Assembly (NCBI GenBank): GCA_951406725.2
Contig: OX597817.1
Span: 100,750,001-100,814,000 of the forward strand
From: Octopus vulgaris
Lineage: Eukaryota
Direction: 5' to 3'
Length of the DNA: 64,000 nucleotides
Of the stretch, positions 23,683 through 39,215 are shown in pieces. A program made the position numbers and the translations under genes. The number at the start of each line of letters is the position of its first letter. Positions within the stretch are counted from its first letter, which is position 1. The notes beneath the pieces are model-generated. The model was not told the DNA's origin, made no database searches, and worked only from the letters and a program-made list of their open reading frames with translations.

Positions 23683-25982
23683 ATATTAGGGAATATAATT
23701 CCAAACTTACAGGAAAAAATCAATTTAGTAGTACTAGATCAAATATATATATAGATTAGGGAAAGACCACTTTTAAGCAATTCAAACTATGATAGACGTA
23801 AAAATCACACCATATAGAAAAAACAAAAGATATGATAAAGCATTTACCTAAATCTCAATAAAGTACATAATAAATAAATAAATAGTATATAATTAGTATC
23901 ATATACTAATTATACACACTCATGCAAATATACGTATACATGCAAGTATGTATGTATATCAATCTATATAAATATATATACTCTTTTACTCTTTTACTTG
24001 TTTCAGTCATTTGACTGCGGCCATGCTGGAGCACCGCATGTGTGTGAATGTAATTGAATAGGATTGAAGCAGATTGGCCAAACGATTTACACTGAGTTTA
24101 CTAGTTTACTGACTACGTATGAATGCTATAAACTCGCCACCGAACTATCGCTATGTTTCTGTTAGTAGAGAATTCGTATAGATTTACGACATGGCAGTCA
24201 CTCGTATATGCCAGTGGAATACTGAATTTGAAGTTACTTTCTACAATTGTTCTGATTAGAAAGAACAAATGACTTGCATTACTCTATTGGCGTGGCTAGC
24301 AGAAATATGAGTTATAGTAATGGCTAAGGACACAGAATTATACATCGTAAAAAACTAAATATCCATTTTCAAATGTATACGGAAGCATTTTCCCCATTCA
24401 AACCATTTTTCTTCTTGGTTCGAGGCAGCAGCCATATTGTAATGTATATTTCCATTAAAGCAAAAGAAATATAGTCTAATGGTTTCTGCTTCTTTCAACT
24501 CAATCGAATGTGAGTGGTGATCGTCATCATGCATTACTTAATTCAACTGATGTTACATACGCTGCGCAATATTTTTTTCTACGATAATAAAGTTCTTCCT
24601 TATATGAGGGTGGTCCCTCCGTGATCGAAATAAGCTTTTGTAGTGTAGTGTTTTGGTTTTTAAAGTTTTCATCATAATTACGAGATACACAGATTATATG
24701 TAATTCTAAAGTTGAATTTTAGTTATCATTATTACGAAATAACTCTATATTGGAAGAAAATGTCCCCGTCACAGAAGTAAAACAAATGGAATGATCTATT
24801 TAAATGACAACTGTAGACCTGTTTTTTTGTTTTAGTATTCTATTACTTGAATGTATCACTACGAATCTGAAGTCAGTTAAAGAGAGCAGCATAGCAGTTA
24901 AATATGATCAGTCAATTGGGTAAATATAATTGTGATTGGGTCTATTGTGAGCAATTCCTTAGCCGTAACTATAGGGGATGGCACAACATTGAAAAATACT
25001 GGTGATAGGAGAATTATAGCAAAATATTACTCACTGGCTATCATTTAGACTGCCTGTCCGAACAGCTCGAACCAATACTAAATGTCAATATCTAGTAAAC
25101 ATAAAATAAATTAGAAAATAACCATAAATATAATGTGCAGGGATATTTCAGAATAACCTTTTTAATGCCTACTACAGAAATCTTATGAGGAACTTCTTGC
25201 TATCGCAGCTTGAGCCTGAATTCTGAATTAATTCCATACTTATTGATTTATTGAAGTATGTAATGAGATTTATATCTTGTAATCACGAAAGTCTAAGAAA
25301 AGAGTCCAGAGAAACCAAAATTCTGTAAATCCGGTCTATTAGCAGAGCATGAAGATCGCCTCTGTGTGCATGCGCACACATATGTGTGTGTCATTGTATA
25401 TCGCTCTCACTGTATGTATTAATATATGTTACTGTGCGTGTGTACTTGTGTATGCTTGTGTGTATATATTTCTATATATATAGTTTACTTTTATTTAGCT
25501 TTCGGACGCTATATCAAGATTATTTTAGAGAACGTTGGCAATTAGAATTTTACTTGTTTGTTTCAGTATTTTAAAAATATCTGCACTTTACTTACAGTAT
25601 AAATATTTATCTACAGCATAGATATTTCCTAGTATTCGTTTCGCTGGATACACTATATTAGCGTTTTTCACTATATTTAAAACTGTTTAAGTGTTGATTT
25701 TTATCAATGTCTAATATAATAACGACGGTGCATCAGCATGGCCGCAGCTCTGAGCTGAAACTATAGAAAAAAAACTTTCAGAAAAGAGAATTATTAAATA
25801 ATATTAATTTTTGTTCATTGAAATGTTACAATTTTTGAGAAGATCGATTTTGAGAAAGTTTAAAATATGAATTTATTATTTTCTTGCAACTCTAAGTACT
25901 ACAAATTTCATTGGTTCTTACCTTTGCAGTTAATGAATTAATGTATACGTAATGATTGGAGAATACATGTTGAAAAGAATAT

Positions 25983-26041
<59 letters not shown>

Positions 26042-26311
26042 GCCAAGTCATTGACAACAGGCGAGTGTACCATATTATACTACGACACTTCATATATGAT
26101 TTGATATTCAAGGAATCAATGACAATCATCTTACAGCAATATGTAAATTCTCAGTATAGCTTAGTCCGGGAAATATATTTAGTTCCCCATTGAAACGTTT
26201 CACTTCATTATTGCTCTCGGAAAAAGAGTGAACTATAAGTTTTCTACTGTCTCTTCTCCTGACCGGCGATCCTATCCGTATTGTTAATAAAAGACGCCAA
26301 AATCCTGGCAG

Positions 26312-26342
<31 letters not shown>

Positions 26343-26343
<1 letters not shown>

Positions 26344-27285
26344 GGGGTTTGTATGATTGTATATAGAGGGATATATATTATTCAAAGAAATTCCAACTCT
26401 GTTTTTATGTTTTATTTATATTCTTTATAATATTAGTGTAGAATATAGAATATATAGTATAAATGATAGATATAGTATATATAGTAAAATGAAATGAAGT
26501 ATTGATTGTCTTATTGAATAGATGAAATATTGAATATAAAATATTAAGGGACTAGTATACTTTCTTGCATTAAAGCAGTCTTCAAGGTCCCAGGTTGTGA
26601 CAGGAGTGTTTCAACTGTGGTTGACTGGCTGTCTTTTGTCCTTTATATATGTTCCTGTGGGCAGCAGTAGTAGTTGTTTGGCTATTTTTAGAAATGATGC
26701 CAAACCATTTTTCAATGTTTATTTTTAGATATGATGACAGCAGTACTATTTAGAGATTTTTTGTTTTGGTTATAGAGATAAGATTTTTAGACCCCAAATA
26801 AGATTAATTTAATCATTGTTTGTTAAGCTTGGGTTTGAATTTCTTAATAAAGTCCTTTTCTCTCAGTTTTCTCTCAATTTCATTCAGGTTGTAAAGTTTA
26901 TGAAATAGGAATATCATAAAAGTTTTCCGACCACATGTTGCCAGATAGTCACTCAGTGGTATTTGGCGGACTTCTGGGTTTTTAATTTGTTGTCGATGCA
27001 CACGCGAGCGCTCTGAAAGTGCATTACCTGTCTGGCCAACATACAGTTCTTCACAATTTGGGCATTTGATGCAGTAGATTAAATTTCTGCTTTTGCAGTT
27101 CATGTTCGCGTTTGTGAATATTTTTCTTGTTTTTATGTTCATATATGGGCCAGTATGAATTAATCGGTATGTATCGCATCGGCTATCATTGCATTTAGAT
27201 ATAGTAAATGGTTGATCTTTGTTGCTAAGGTCAAACCTTGCCTTTGTTCAAAACATTTTCAAGCTTTTAGGTTGTCTCTTACAGT
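26343..27285 (-). mobile_element. 5'-truncated Penelope-like element (GIY-YIG, 26813-27280) plus pseudo-LTR
   Basis: NLIYCIKCPNCEELYVGQTGNAL...KLNKQ; paralogous to 7660-8905. Confidence 0.92.
26548..26591 (-). ncRNA. Minimal hammerhead motif with one extra U in the core
   Basis: GGGAC-CTTGAAGA-CTGC..GCAA-GAAA-GTATAC-TA-GTCCC. Confidence 0.72.
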
Positions 27286-27335
27286 AGAAAATACGATAAG
27301 AAATAAATGAAATATTACACGCACCTTAATATATG

Positions 27336-29440
<2,105 letters not shown>

Positions 29441-31961
29441 GTTCAAAGTGATAAATTTTCTAAACTTTATTTATATTCTGTATTTTCTTTTTGATAAATG
29501 TTTTAGAAAAAGTGCTTTTTATTTCCGTCTTACAAGCGTAATTTGATGATATTTAATTTTTCTCTCTCTTCCCAAACTGTAACATGGAAAACTGTTGATT
29601 TAAATTGCACTACTTTTTAATGACATGAAATAAAATAATTTGTGTTCACTTTGAACAAAAAGCTTACTCTTTCCTTTCACAGTCCTTAAAAAGAACGTCA
29701 TTTGAAATTTCTAAGACATTATTTGGAAGCTAACATGGTTTCTTATTTTATTACAGAACTATTATCTTTCATTTCAGCTGCATAAGATTTCTTTTTCATT
29801 GAAAAGAGTACTTCATGAAGCAATTTTAAAGAAACCTATATTTATTTTTGAAATTAAGTTAATCATTATTTCCTGTAAATTGCTTAAATTTAATCCTTCC
29901 GCTATGACACTCAACCCTAATAAAAACAACAAAGAACGATCCACATTAATACTACCAAAAAAATATTTGTAAGCTTTACAATATTGAGTAACCTATTATA
30001 GGGTATTCACTTTCAGTTAAGTGTTTATTTGCTAAGATTTCAGTTTGTTGACCTTGAACAGAATGGTAAACCACAGATGAGATATGCCTATTCGACCCAG
30101 AGGAAGGCAGTCACCACTATCGACACGCACCACTTGTAACTCTCACATACCAAATTACAATTACATAATTGCTTGGGATTGGAAAAAAGTGATATACATT
30201 TTTATTTTTCACTTGAGCTACGACACCATTCGCTATTAAGTTCAACCGAATTAAGTAAAGATTAATTAATTAACGCTTAATAGGATTACTTCTTACTTTC
30301 TTTGTTGCTCAGTTACAGAAAATTAATTTCACAGAATACAGTTATCAAAATATGTTTAGCGTAAAATTCTGTACTTTCTTACTTGGTCTACAACAAGTCT
30401 TCAAGAATATATTTCCCTCGAACTGAATCACATATAGCTCTATTTAGTTAGCAGTTGTGAAAAATAGAATATAGTTCGTATAATCTCAATTCGTGGAAAC
30501 GATTTGAGGATTACAATTTAATGAGAAACGATAACATTTTTCAGACTCGGTGTAATGTTTGCTTCTTTCACTTTTTGAACAGATTCTTACTGAAATATTG
30601 ACTGATATTTACTTGTACATCCAAAGTTTAAGAAAGTTAGGAGTAAACTTTTAGCTTAAAGTGAAGGAGACCGAAAGACGAACGAGCATTTGTGGAAATA
30701 CTATTGAATAAGAATCGATTACATTCATATACAGTTTTCGAAATATTTTATGCACTCTGAATAAATGTTAATTAGGTAAAATGACACATATTTATAAGTG
30801 AAAATGTGTGACGTTCTAGCGCATTAGTGAAGTAAGTGATTTGAATTAGCTTCAAACAGGAAATCAAACTTGCACCGCGTACGACACATGCCAAGAGCTT
30901 ATATCTTGCTCCTCAATGCTCTGTTATAGTCACTAGAGAAGTGATATTGAGACAGGCAAGCATACCAACAAATAGTGTTCTTTCCTAACTGATTTGTGGC
31001 CTTGCGCTAGAGTAAAAAAAAGTTCAATATTATCGCTTCTGTATCTCAAAAAATTACTAGAAGAGTAATTTCGTGTGGAGTCGTTGTCAGTAACAATAAA
31101 ACATTTGACTCGTCTTTCACTTTTATAGAGAGTTGATATAAGAAATTCCAGGAGTACAATGATGGAAGTGTCACTAATATATTAGGAGAAATAAACCTTT
31201 AGAGTTTGGGGCGGTAAAATGACATAAATGGTAGTTCACTACAACAAATATCTTGCAGTATGTAATTTCGTATATCTAATTCTGATTTCAAATTCAGCCA
31301 CTAACTACCGTGTCTTTAATCCTTTTTGAGTCGATGAAACGGTATGTTTGCTGCATTCTTTTCCGTTTAGGATGTAAAAGCAAATACGTTTAGTACAAAA
31401 CTTTTCAAAACCTTCAGTCAAACTCATAAATATATTCAAACTTATTTGATATACATCCCAGAGACTGTACATACTGTTACATGAGAAACGATTAAGAAAT
31501 AATTGAATTACAACGAAATTTAACAAGTTGGGTTCTTTTACTAGTAACAACTTGTCAACATATGGTTTTATTTTATTATTACTTTCTAAGTAATCACGAA
31601 ACGTAAAAACAAGATATATTTTAATAAACTAATTATTAGATAAAGCTGAGATATTTTTCTGAGAAGTGTTGTTTCTGCATCCACATATATTGTATCAATA
31701 TTATATTATTTAAAATTACACATGGGAATATCATTTAAAATATATATTAACTAGTATACCCGTGTCATAAAAAATGTTGACTGTTTTATTAATGATAGAA
31801 CTTGCCATTATCAAAACAATGAGAGAAACCATTGATAGATGTCAGCAACCAAGTAGATATATATTTATTTACATTGAATTGAAGCATTTCAAGAATCAGG
31901 TACGGTTGTAAGGTCCCTGTTCAAAATAGCGGACACATAATGTATGTTTGTGTGTTATATA

Positions 31962-32170
31962 TTCTTTTATTCTTTTATTTGTTTCAATAATTTGACTGCG
32001 GCCATGCTGGAGCACCGCCTTTAGTCGCAAATCGAACCTAGTACTTATTCTTTGCAAGCCTAGTACTTATTCTATCGGTCTCTTTTGCTGAACTGCTAAT
32101 CTACGGAGACGTAAACACACCAGCATCGGTTGCCAAGCGATTGTGAGGAGACACAAACATACACACACAA

Positions 32171-32237
<67 letters not shown>

Positions 32238-32743
32238 TACACACATACAGATATATATATATAAAACAAAAGAAAAGATAATGGAGATTAGGAAGTTAAT
32301 AATTGTTTATTATTAATAACACATTGGCCATCTTCGCTTCTTACAGCTGTTTCAATTAATACTTTATAGTTTAATTACAAATTTGTACATTAAATTTACA
32401 TTTATGTGACATACATATAAGCTCACATCCAAAGGTACATCTTTTTCCCTCTGATGAAATTATATTCATGACACACATGTAATTTTGATGTACAAATTTG
32501 TAATTAAATTACTGAGTATTAATTGAAAAAGTTGTAAGACGCGAAGATGGCTAATTTGTTGTTAATAATAAACAGTTATTAACTTATTAATCTCCATTTT
32601 ATTTTCTTCTTTTAAATATATATAGACTATATGCTTTATATATATGTATTGTTTTAAGAGAATTTCATTCCCCCAAATACAAGGTATTGAACCAGTACTT
32701 CCCTGGAATCAACCATCCTTTCACAGAGTTAACATACCATCTA

Positions 32744-32841
<98 letters not shown>

Positions 32842-32985
32842 CCTATATAATCACACAAGTATATATGTGTATACAAGCATAGATACCTACCTACATAACT
32901 TTTATACATACATACATCTTTCAGTTTTCGCGTACCATATCACCTCACAAGGTTTTGGTCGGACCTACGATATACTAGAAGACTA
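31962..32985 (-). mobile_element. OR-like SINE interrupted at its internal CA/TA tract by another repeat
   Basis: The 3' part (31962-32170) matches 2405-2620; SINE sequence resumes at ~32917-32985. Confidence 0.75.
32265..32612. repeat. Fold-back repeat with an HHR-like motif (32448-32539, long stem II region)
   Basis: Arms ~32265-32400 and ~32478-32612; CTGATGA...AATT-GAAA-AAGTTG-TA-AGA, with the other arm reading GAAA-CAGCTG-TA-AGA. Confidence 0.8.
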
Positions 32986-33021
32986 TATATATGTATATAT
33001 ACGTGTGTGCGTGCTTATGTG

Positions 33022-33079
<58 letters not shown>

Positions 33080-34123
33080 GTTATGGTATACTCTCTTAAG
33101 AACGTAGTAAAGTACAATATAAAGGTCGTCCACCTTCGGATTTATCCAGGGCTATCCAGTATTATACGTACTCCCAGGTTTGTGTTTCAGTATCTGTTGT
33201 ATGTGAATATATAATTGAAAAACTTGGAGTCAGCAAGGAGGGGTCTGGTTGAACATTTAGTTTTTAATCGCTACAATTGTTTCTACGCAACGTAGTTCTC
33301 CAGGAGTGCAGGTACTTGATTATGCAACTGTTTCCCTGCAATATGATATCTAGTTGTGTTTTCTCAGGTGATATGTAAGTATTATCTACGTAAGTTTGAA
33401 ATCCTCGGCTTCAAGAACATCCCCTCTGTCCGTGGTGTCCTGAATTTAGTAGTAGTTACTTAGCTTATCAGGCTGTGTTGTTGCTGAAGGGCCGTTGGCA
33501 AACTGCTATGAGTGTGTAGATGTAGTGGGATGGTGATTCTGGTGCTATTAAAGTGGTTGCCGTTTAAAAGGAATTGGCATTTTATTCCTTTGTCCTGCTG
33601 ATTTGTTCTTCATAGTGGGATACACATGCGATTTTCTTTAGCTGAAATTTATGATTCAAAGCCTGGACACAAACATATACACACGCACATACAGACACAC
33701 ATACACACATACACACATACATATATATATATATATATACACACATTCACGTACGCATACATACGTACATACGTATACACACACACGCATATATATAACA
33801 ATGCAAATAATTAACGGATTAGCCAACACATCTGTTGGACCACATCTGTAGCTCGTTTTTTAATACAAAGCATGACATTACTAAATAGGTAACGTAACAT
33901 ATCTTACGGCCGTTACTGATCAGATTGCTAAAATGCAGTCTATACATAAATGCGAGAATAAAATTCTTCATCTTCATGGGGCATTCGAATTAAGGCAATG
34001 AATTTTCATCAGAGTGAAAAACAAGAACATATAGTATAAACAAAATAAGAATGTAAAGGAAAGAAAACATGAAAACATGGCTTAGACAAGTAGTATAGAA
34101 GCCCAGTATGTTAACATATACTC

Positions 34124-34850
34124 TTAACTAAGTCTATTGTTAATATTCTTATTTAAATCTAAGGATACATGTAGGAAATTGACAACCGTCAGGTTGATAT
34201 CTGTAATTATGCTAAGACCGAAAGTTTTCACCATTTTCATAATGTCCTTCCTAAACCGATCTTGCGCTGGTCCATTGGTATTTGTGGTTAAAGCGAGGAC
34301 ATCATCTTTGTAAATGGCGAAAAATACGCCAGAAAAAGTCTTGCTCAACGTATCGAGTAAGAATAGTCTAATGAGATTGCATATGCCTGCTCCATCATAT
34401 GACCCTATGCTCACATCGAAAGCACCCTCTGTATAGGTAGTCTTGACCCACTTTGCATTCTCACTGAAGAGTTAAGTCTTCGTAGCATGGAAGATTATGT
34501 CCTGATCTTGTCAACTAATTTCTATAAATTTGCTTGCGAAGGTGAGAGCTTTATCTAGCAGTTCCTTAGATAGAGGCATAGAAATCGACAATATTGAATT
34601 GCGTCAATCTCCCTTTATTCTTATTCGTAATGGCTTTAAACCAGTCAACGACTTCTATACTATTCGACCATTGTACTAACCTAGTAGCATTCCCGACTTT
34701 TGCAATAATTTTTCCTAAAATTTCTTTACTAATAATACCAAGTTCTGATAAGCCTACATTTAGAATTAGATAGAAAATTATTTTTATGGTCTTTAATAGT
34801 TATAAAGGCCTCTTTTTTTGGAAGGACCTCTATTTTTTAAATCTAATTTA
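34124..34850 (-). pseudogene. Penelope-like RT fragment (Naiad-like type)
   Basis: FDVSIGSYDGAGIC...IYKDDVLA...VNFLHVSLDL. Confidence 0.85.
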
Positions 34851-35493
34851 AGTCTGGCAGCGATGACGCTAGCTTCTTTATTAATTTCGTTATAAATTTA
34901 GACATGTTTATGAATATAATTGCGCGAGTATGGCTATGTGTACATGTGTATGTATGTGCGCGTGCGCGGATATGTATGTGTACATGTGTATGGTTGCATA
35001 TATATGTGCACATATAGGTGTGTGTGTGGGTGTGCAGTATGTGTTTCACGCGAGTGTGAGTGAGCATATGCATACAGGCACATGTACGAATTCTATGAGC
35101 GTTTTTTTACTTTCTCCCATTCGGGTTTTTTCCCTTTATTTAACGGTCAATCTAATAGCTCTTTTGTTTGTCTTAATAACGATCATTTACATTGTAATTT
35201 CCCTTTGTTTAACGGTCATATTCTTGCGAGATGACGGAGCAGATTTCGATTTCCGCCCCGACATTCGAAACTGGGAGTTTTATTATGGCAACTGAATAAT
35301 TATCAGTTATTATATTACAGATAAATTCCTGTATTTACATAATATCGAGGTCTCATTCATTCTTTTGTTGTCATTCTATTACTATTAATATATATATATA
35401 TATATATATGAATGTACATAAATTTATATGTATGTACGTATGTGTGTGTATGTGCGGGTATATATATGTGTATGAATGTGTATACGCATGTAC

Positions 35494-35534
<41 letters not shown>

Positions 35535-36189
35535 AATATATTTGTATATGTCTACGTGAAATACAAAAAGGAAGAAATATGATAAATATTTGAATTTAAC
35601 CGTTGTCTGTGAAAATAAAGACACATATGTGTAGATGGATAAACTTATATATGTGTATACTGTAATGTAAGATAATACGTATTTATGTGTGTGTATACGT
35701 GTTTATATCATTGTGTGTGCTGGTTATGAAATATAAATGTTGAAGTGAAACTAACGGTTTTCGTGTGTTCTTGAATGGCTTACAAACATCTGCTACGCTG
35801 CAATTGTTTTTGTTTCAGCACACGATCTCAGATCAAGTCACTTGTTATGCAAGAACATCTCCGTAACTATAAGGTGTGCTCACCTTATAGTAGGTAATTT
35901 ATCTAAATTTGGCACGCCGCCATATCTTCAGTTATCCGGGCATCGGAAAAATGCTATGAAAAATGATCGTTATACAAAGGGAAATTAATGTGTGATTGAC
36001 CGTTATTAAGACAAAAGAGCTATTTGAATGACCATACCTACACATGCGCGCCCGCACACCCACGTGCATGCGCCTAAAAGTATACATTCATCCACCCTCA
36101 CTTGAAAACGTACACATCCTCACTCTCACCATTCGCCACAATATAGAAAAGGCACAATATAGAAAACAACTTCTATCTGTAGTCTCGGG

Positions 36190-36820
36190 TGGGTGACCAA
36201 AAACGTAACAAATATTTAGGCACATATGGGCATGATCCGAATGGTTCAGTTCTTGAATTCAGACATGTAGCGGGGTCTAAGCTGCTTTTCCAGATGAGCC
36301 TTCTTTCCATATCACATAGACCGCACTTTCCACTGCCGTTGGTGTAGGGCTTACACTTGGCTAAGATCTTCCAATGGATGTTGTAACTGACACCTTTATC
36401 TTTTAATGACCATATATGACTGGATAATTTGGTCGTTTTCCTTTTATCCCAGTGTCTAAACTCAAGGTGTGAGTATTGAACCTGGCATTGAAATTACCCT
36501 CTGTAAGGCCCACGTATTTCTTCGTCGAAATCGTGTCTTTAGTGGGTATAGAGTCCACGGTGGCTTCGTAAATGATGGTCTAGGATATGCAAACTCCATT
36601 TAGCGGGCAAAAATTCTTATCACTGCATGAACAGCTGGTTTCGTATTGTGGTTTTTGTGTGTTGTGTACGATTATATTTTAAAAATTAGTAGTTGAGCTG
36701 AAACTGATTTTTAAGTTGTGTCTATTGAAGAGCTTCCTGTAAGTATGGTTGACTGGAAAATGCCTATCTATCAGTGCTAAGAAATACTTGCCTATATTGA
36801 AGGTCACCTCACGCGAATAC
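36190..36820 (-). pseudogene. Cys-rich GIY-YIG endonuclease of a Penelope-like (Naiad-like) element
   Basis: Manual translation: CSCSDKNFCPLNGVC..IIYEATV..KYVGLTEGNF..RF..H; WKILAKCKPY..KCGLC..LNSRTE. An inverted pLTR piece at ~36865-36915 mirrors ~35988-36035. Confidence 0.82.
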
Positions 36821-37060
36821 TATGAACTTTTTTTACCCCCTTACTCTTATTCCCTCCCCTTACTTAGCGGTCATTCAAATGGCTCTTTTGTGTTAATAAC
36901 AGTCAATCACACAGTCCCGTTCTGATTACTTTCTCAAATACTTTCTTGTAAACTGTTTTTAACATTTTCTTATTATTATTAAAGAATGTATTTCTGTTTT
37001 TTAATACTATTGTGATAACCAGTACTTAACACAACAAAGCTCATACAAAGCTTAACATTT

Positions 37061-37104
37061 TACTTTTGACAATCTTTTTCTAAAAAAGTGAAATCGGTCA
37101 AGTG
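37061..37104 (+). ncRNA. Minimal hammerhead variant with U3-A8 core
   Basis: TACTT-TTGACAA-TCTTTT..AAAAGT-GAAA-TCGG-TC-AAGTG. Confidence 0.72.
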
Positions 37105-37139
37105 AATAAACATCTTAAAAATTGCATTTTCAAACCTTC

Positions 37140-37203
<64 letters not shown>

Positions 37204-38481
37204 AAATGGGCTCAACACAAACATTATTTTCACAATGGAATACAGCCCTCAACAAATTCCCTTCCTCGACATCCTCATTAAAATTCACAACAAAAAAATA
37301 GAAACAGACATATACTACAAGCCCACAGACTCCAAGCAATACCTCCCTTTCAATTCATGCCACCCTAGACACGTTAAAATTAACATTCCCTACAACTTAG
37401 CCAAGAGAATTTGCACTATAGTCTCCAATAAAAACACTCGTCTCTTACGTCTACAAGAACTTAAGGACACATTAACAAGCAGGGATTACCCCACGTCACT
37501 AATTGACAATGGGATCCAACGCGCCCTAAAACTCAGCACACAGGAACTTAGACGCCCTAAACCTGTTACATCGAAACCCCATACTCTACCATACATCTCT
37601 ACACACAACCCCCTCAACAATGAAGCTTTTGACACCATCCTCCAGAACATTCCTGTATTAAAAAAGGACCATAGAATGAACCAAATCCTCCTAACACACG
37701 AAATCATAAAGAGCAAAAGGCAACCCAAATCATTGAAAACCATCCTAACAAATGCCAAAGTACTGCCAACCACAACAACTAAACCCACAGTAAACAAATG
37801 CAATAGACCCAACTGTGGTATATGCATCAACCTAATAGAAGGTCCGGAATTCCTTTTTAAACAAGGACAACGTTTCACAGTAAAACACAACTTCACATGC
37901 GCATCAGAAAACCTAGTATATGTCTTAACTTGCTCGGGCTGTAATGAACACTACATAGGCCAAACTAAAAATAGCCTCCGCCAACGCATGACTGTCCATA
38001 GATCCCAAATAAAAATACAGGAATAAAGAAAAATAGCACTTAGTGCACATATTGATACCTGTGCCGCACAACTTCATCCCAATTTTAGAATCTTTCCCCT
38101 CTACAAATTTAAAGACAATGCCACTCATACCCAGCGAATAACCATGGAATCCCACCTTATTAATAAATACAGACCACTTCTAAACACATCCCCCTAACAC
38201 GAACCCACAACAAACACACTTACACCTGCACACACCCTACACACACTTTTACCCAGATATTAACACCATGACACACGCAAATATATGGTTCCACACATAC
38301 ACATAATTTGATACGGGTGCAAAACATCCAACACTATTTTTTGGAAATGACTGTAAATATTGACTTCACACAAACACGTTGCTTCCCGATACAGGCACAA
38401 GGCCAGCAGAACTATAAATATTGAAAATTGTACCCACACACGCACACATATATACACGCGCGCGCGCCCCAACATACATAT

Positions 38482-38515
<34 letters not shown>

Positions 38516-38736
38516 GCGCGCACACATACATACATATAGCTCTTCCTGTCCTAAACGAACTTACTTATCCAGCTCAAATTCAGTCAAGTGGAAAATACAC
38601 TCCTTAACTACGCGCTAAAAAGCTATTTAAAATATCCACATGACGTCTACTGACCAGCCTGAACAATAAGAATTTTCAACAACGCTATTTTCGAAAACTC
38701 CATACACCACCCACATCAACATTCATTCTAAACATT

Positions 38737-38994
38737 CACGTGACCTCTCTATTATGACCACATCCACGTGACCTCTTTATTATGACCAATAAGAAATTTT
38801 AGGCGCGACACTAGCCAAATTTTAACATTTCTGGAGCCTATTTTCTTACCCCAACACCAACTTCTATTCAAACATTCACGTGACCCCTTTATAATGACCA
38901 ATCAAAATTATATTGACCATTGTCCACAAGAAATTTTAGGCGCGAAACCAAGCAAATCTTAAACAACTCTGGAGCCTCTTTTTTCACATATAAG
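38737..38994 (+). promoter_or_regulatory. Putative Pol II promoter module in the pseudo-LTR
   Basis: CACGTGAC x3 (38737, 38765, 38877), CCAAT x2 (38786, 38898), GGCGCGA x2 (E2F-like) and TATAAG at 38989, within a ~140-bp tandem duplication. Confidence 0.55.
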
Positions 38995-39072
38995 AGACAG
39001 CAAACCCAACATAAAGTCAGATAAGAGAAAAAAATCTATCAGAAAGGAACTCTATCTCTCTTAAAAAAAATA

Positions 39073-39112
39073 TCTTTTGATAAGCATAACAAATGCGCAA
39101 CCGGTAAAAAGA
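39073..39112 (+). ncRNA. Minimal hammerhead variant with U3-A8 core (GAAA mutated to GCAA)
   Basis: TCTT-TTGATAA-GCAT(AACAA)ATGC-GCAA-CCGG-TA-AAAAGA. Confidence 0.65.
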
Positions 39113-39176
39113 ACTTTCACCTAATTAAAAACACTCTCCCTTACTTAAATTATTTTGTCAGCATTTTCTTCATTTC

Positions 39177-39214
<38 letters not shown>

Positions 39215-39215
<1 letters not shown>

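Larger units (their letters stand above)
37200..39180 (+). mobile_element. 5'-truncated Penelope-like element: RT thumb and GIY-YIG (37200-38197, one internal stop at 38024) plus pseudo-LTR
   Basis: FTMEYS..IPFLDI..TDIYYKPTDSKQYLPFNSCHP; C-x4-C-x2-C; NLVYVLTCSGCNEHYIGQT; the frame continues past TAA to ...YRPLLNTSP*. Confidence 0.95.

Noticed and set aside
29450-31900. Repeat-poor stretch that might hold host exons (e.g. TTTCAG...G|GTAAAC near 30040-30070); likewise 24050-25950
   Set aside because: Only weak splice-like motifs, with no ORF or homology evidence.
35866-35891. Perfect 11-bp hairpin ACTATAAGGTG/CACCTTATAGT as a Helitron end or terminator
   Set aside because: No CTRR terminus or other supporting context; probably a local inversion junction.
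36190-36820. Selenocysteine (in-frame UGA) usage reported for some Naiad PLEs
   Set aside because: The Cys positions I read use TGT/TGC, the stop seen is TAG, and no SECIS was recognised.
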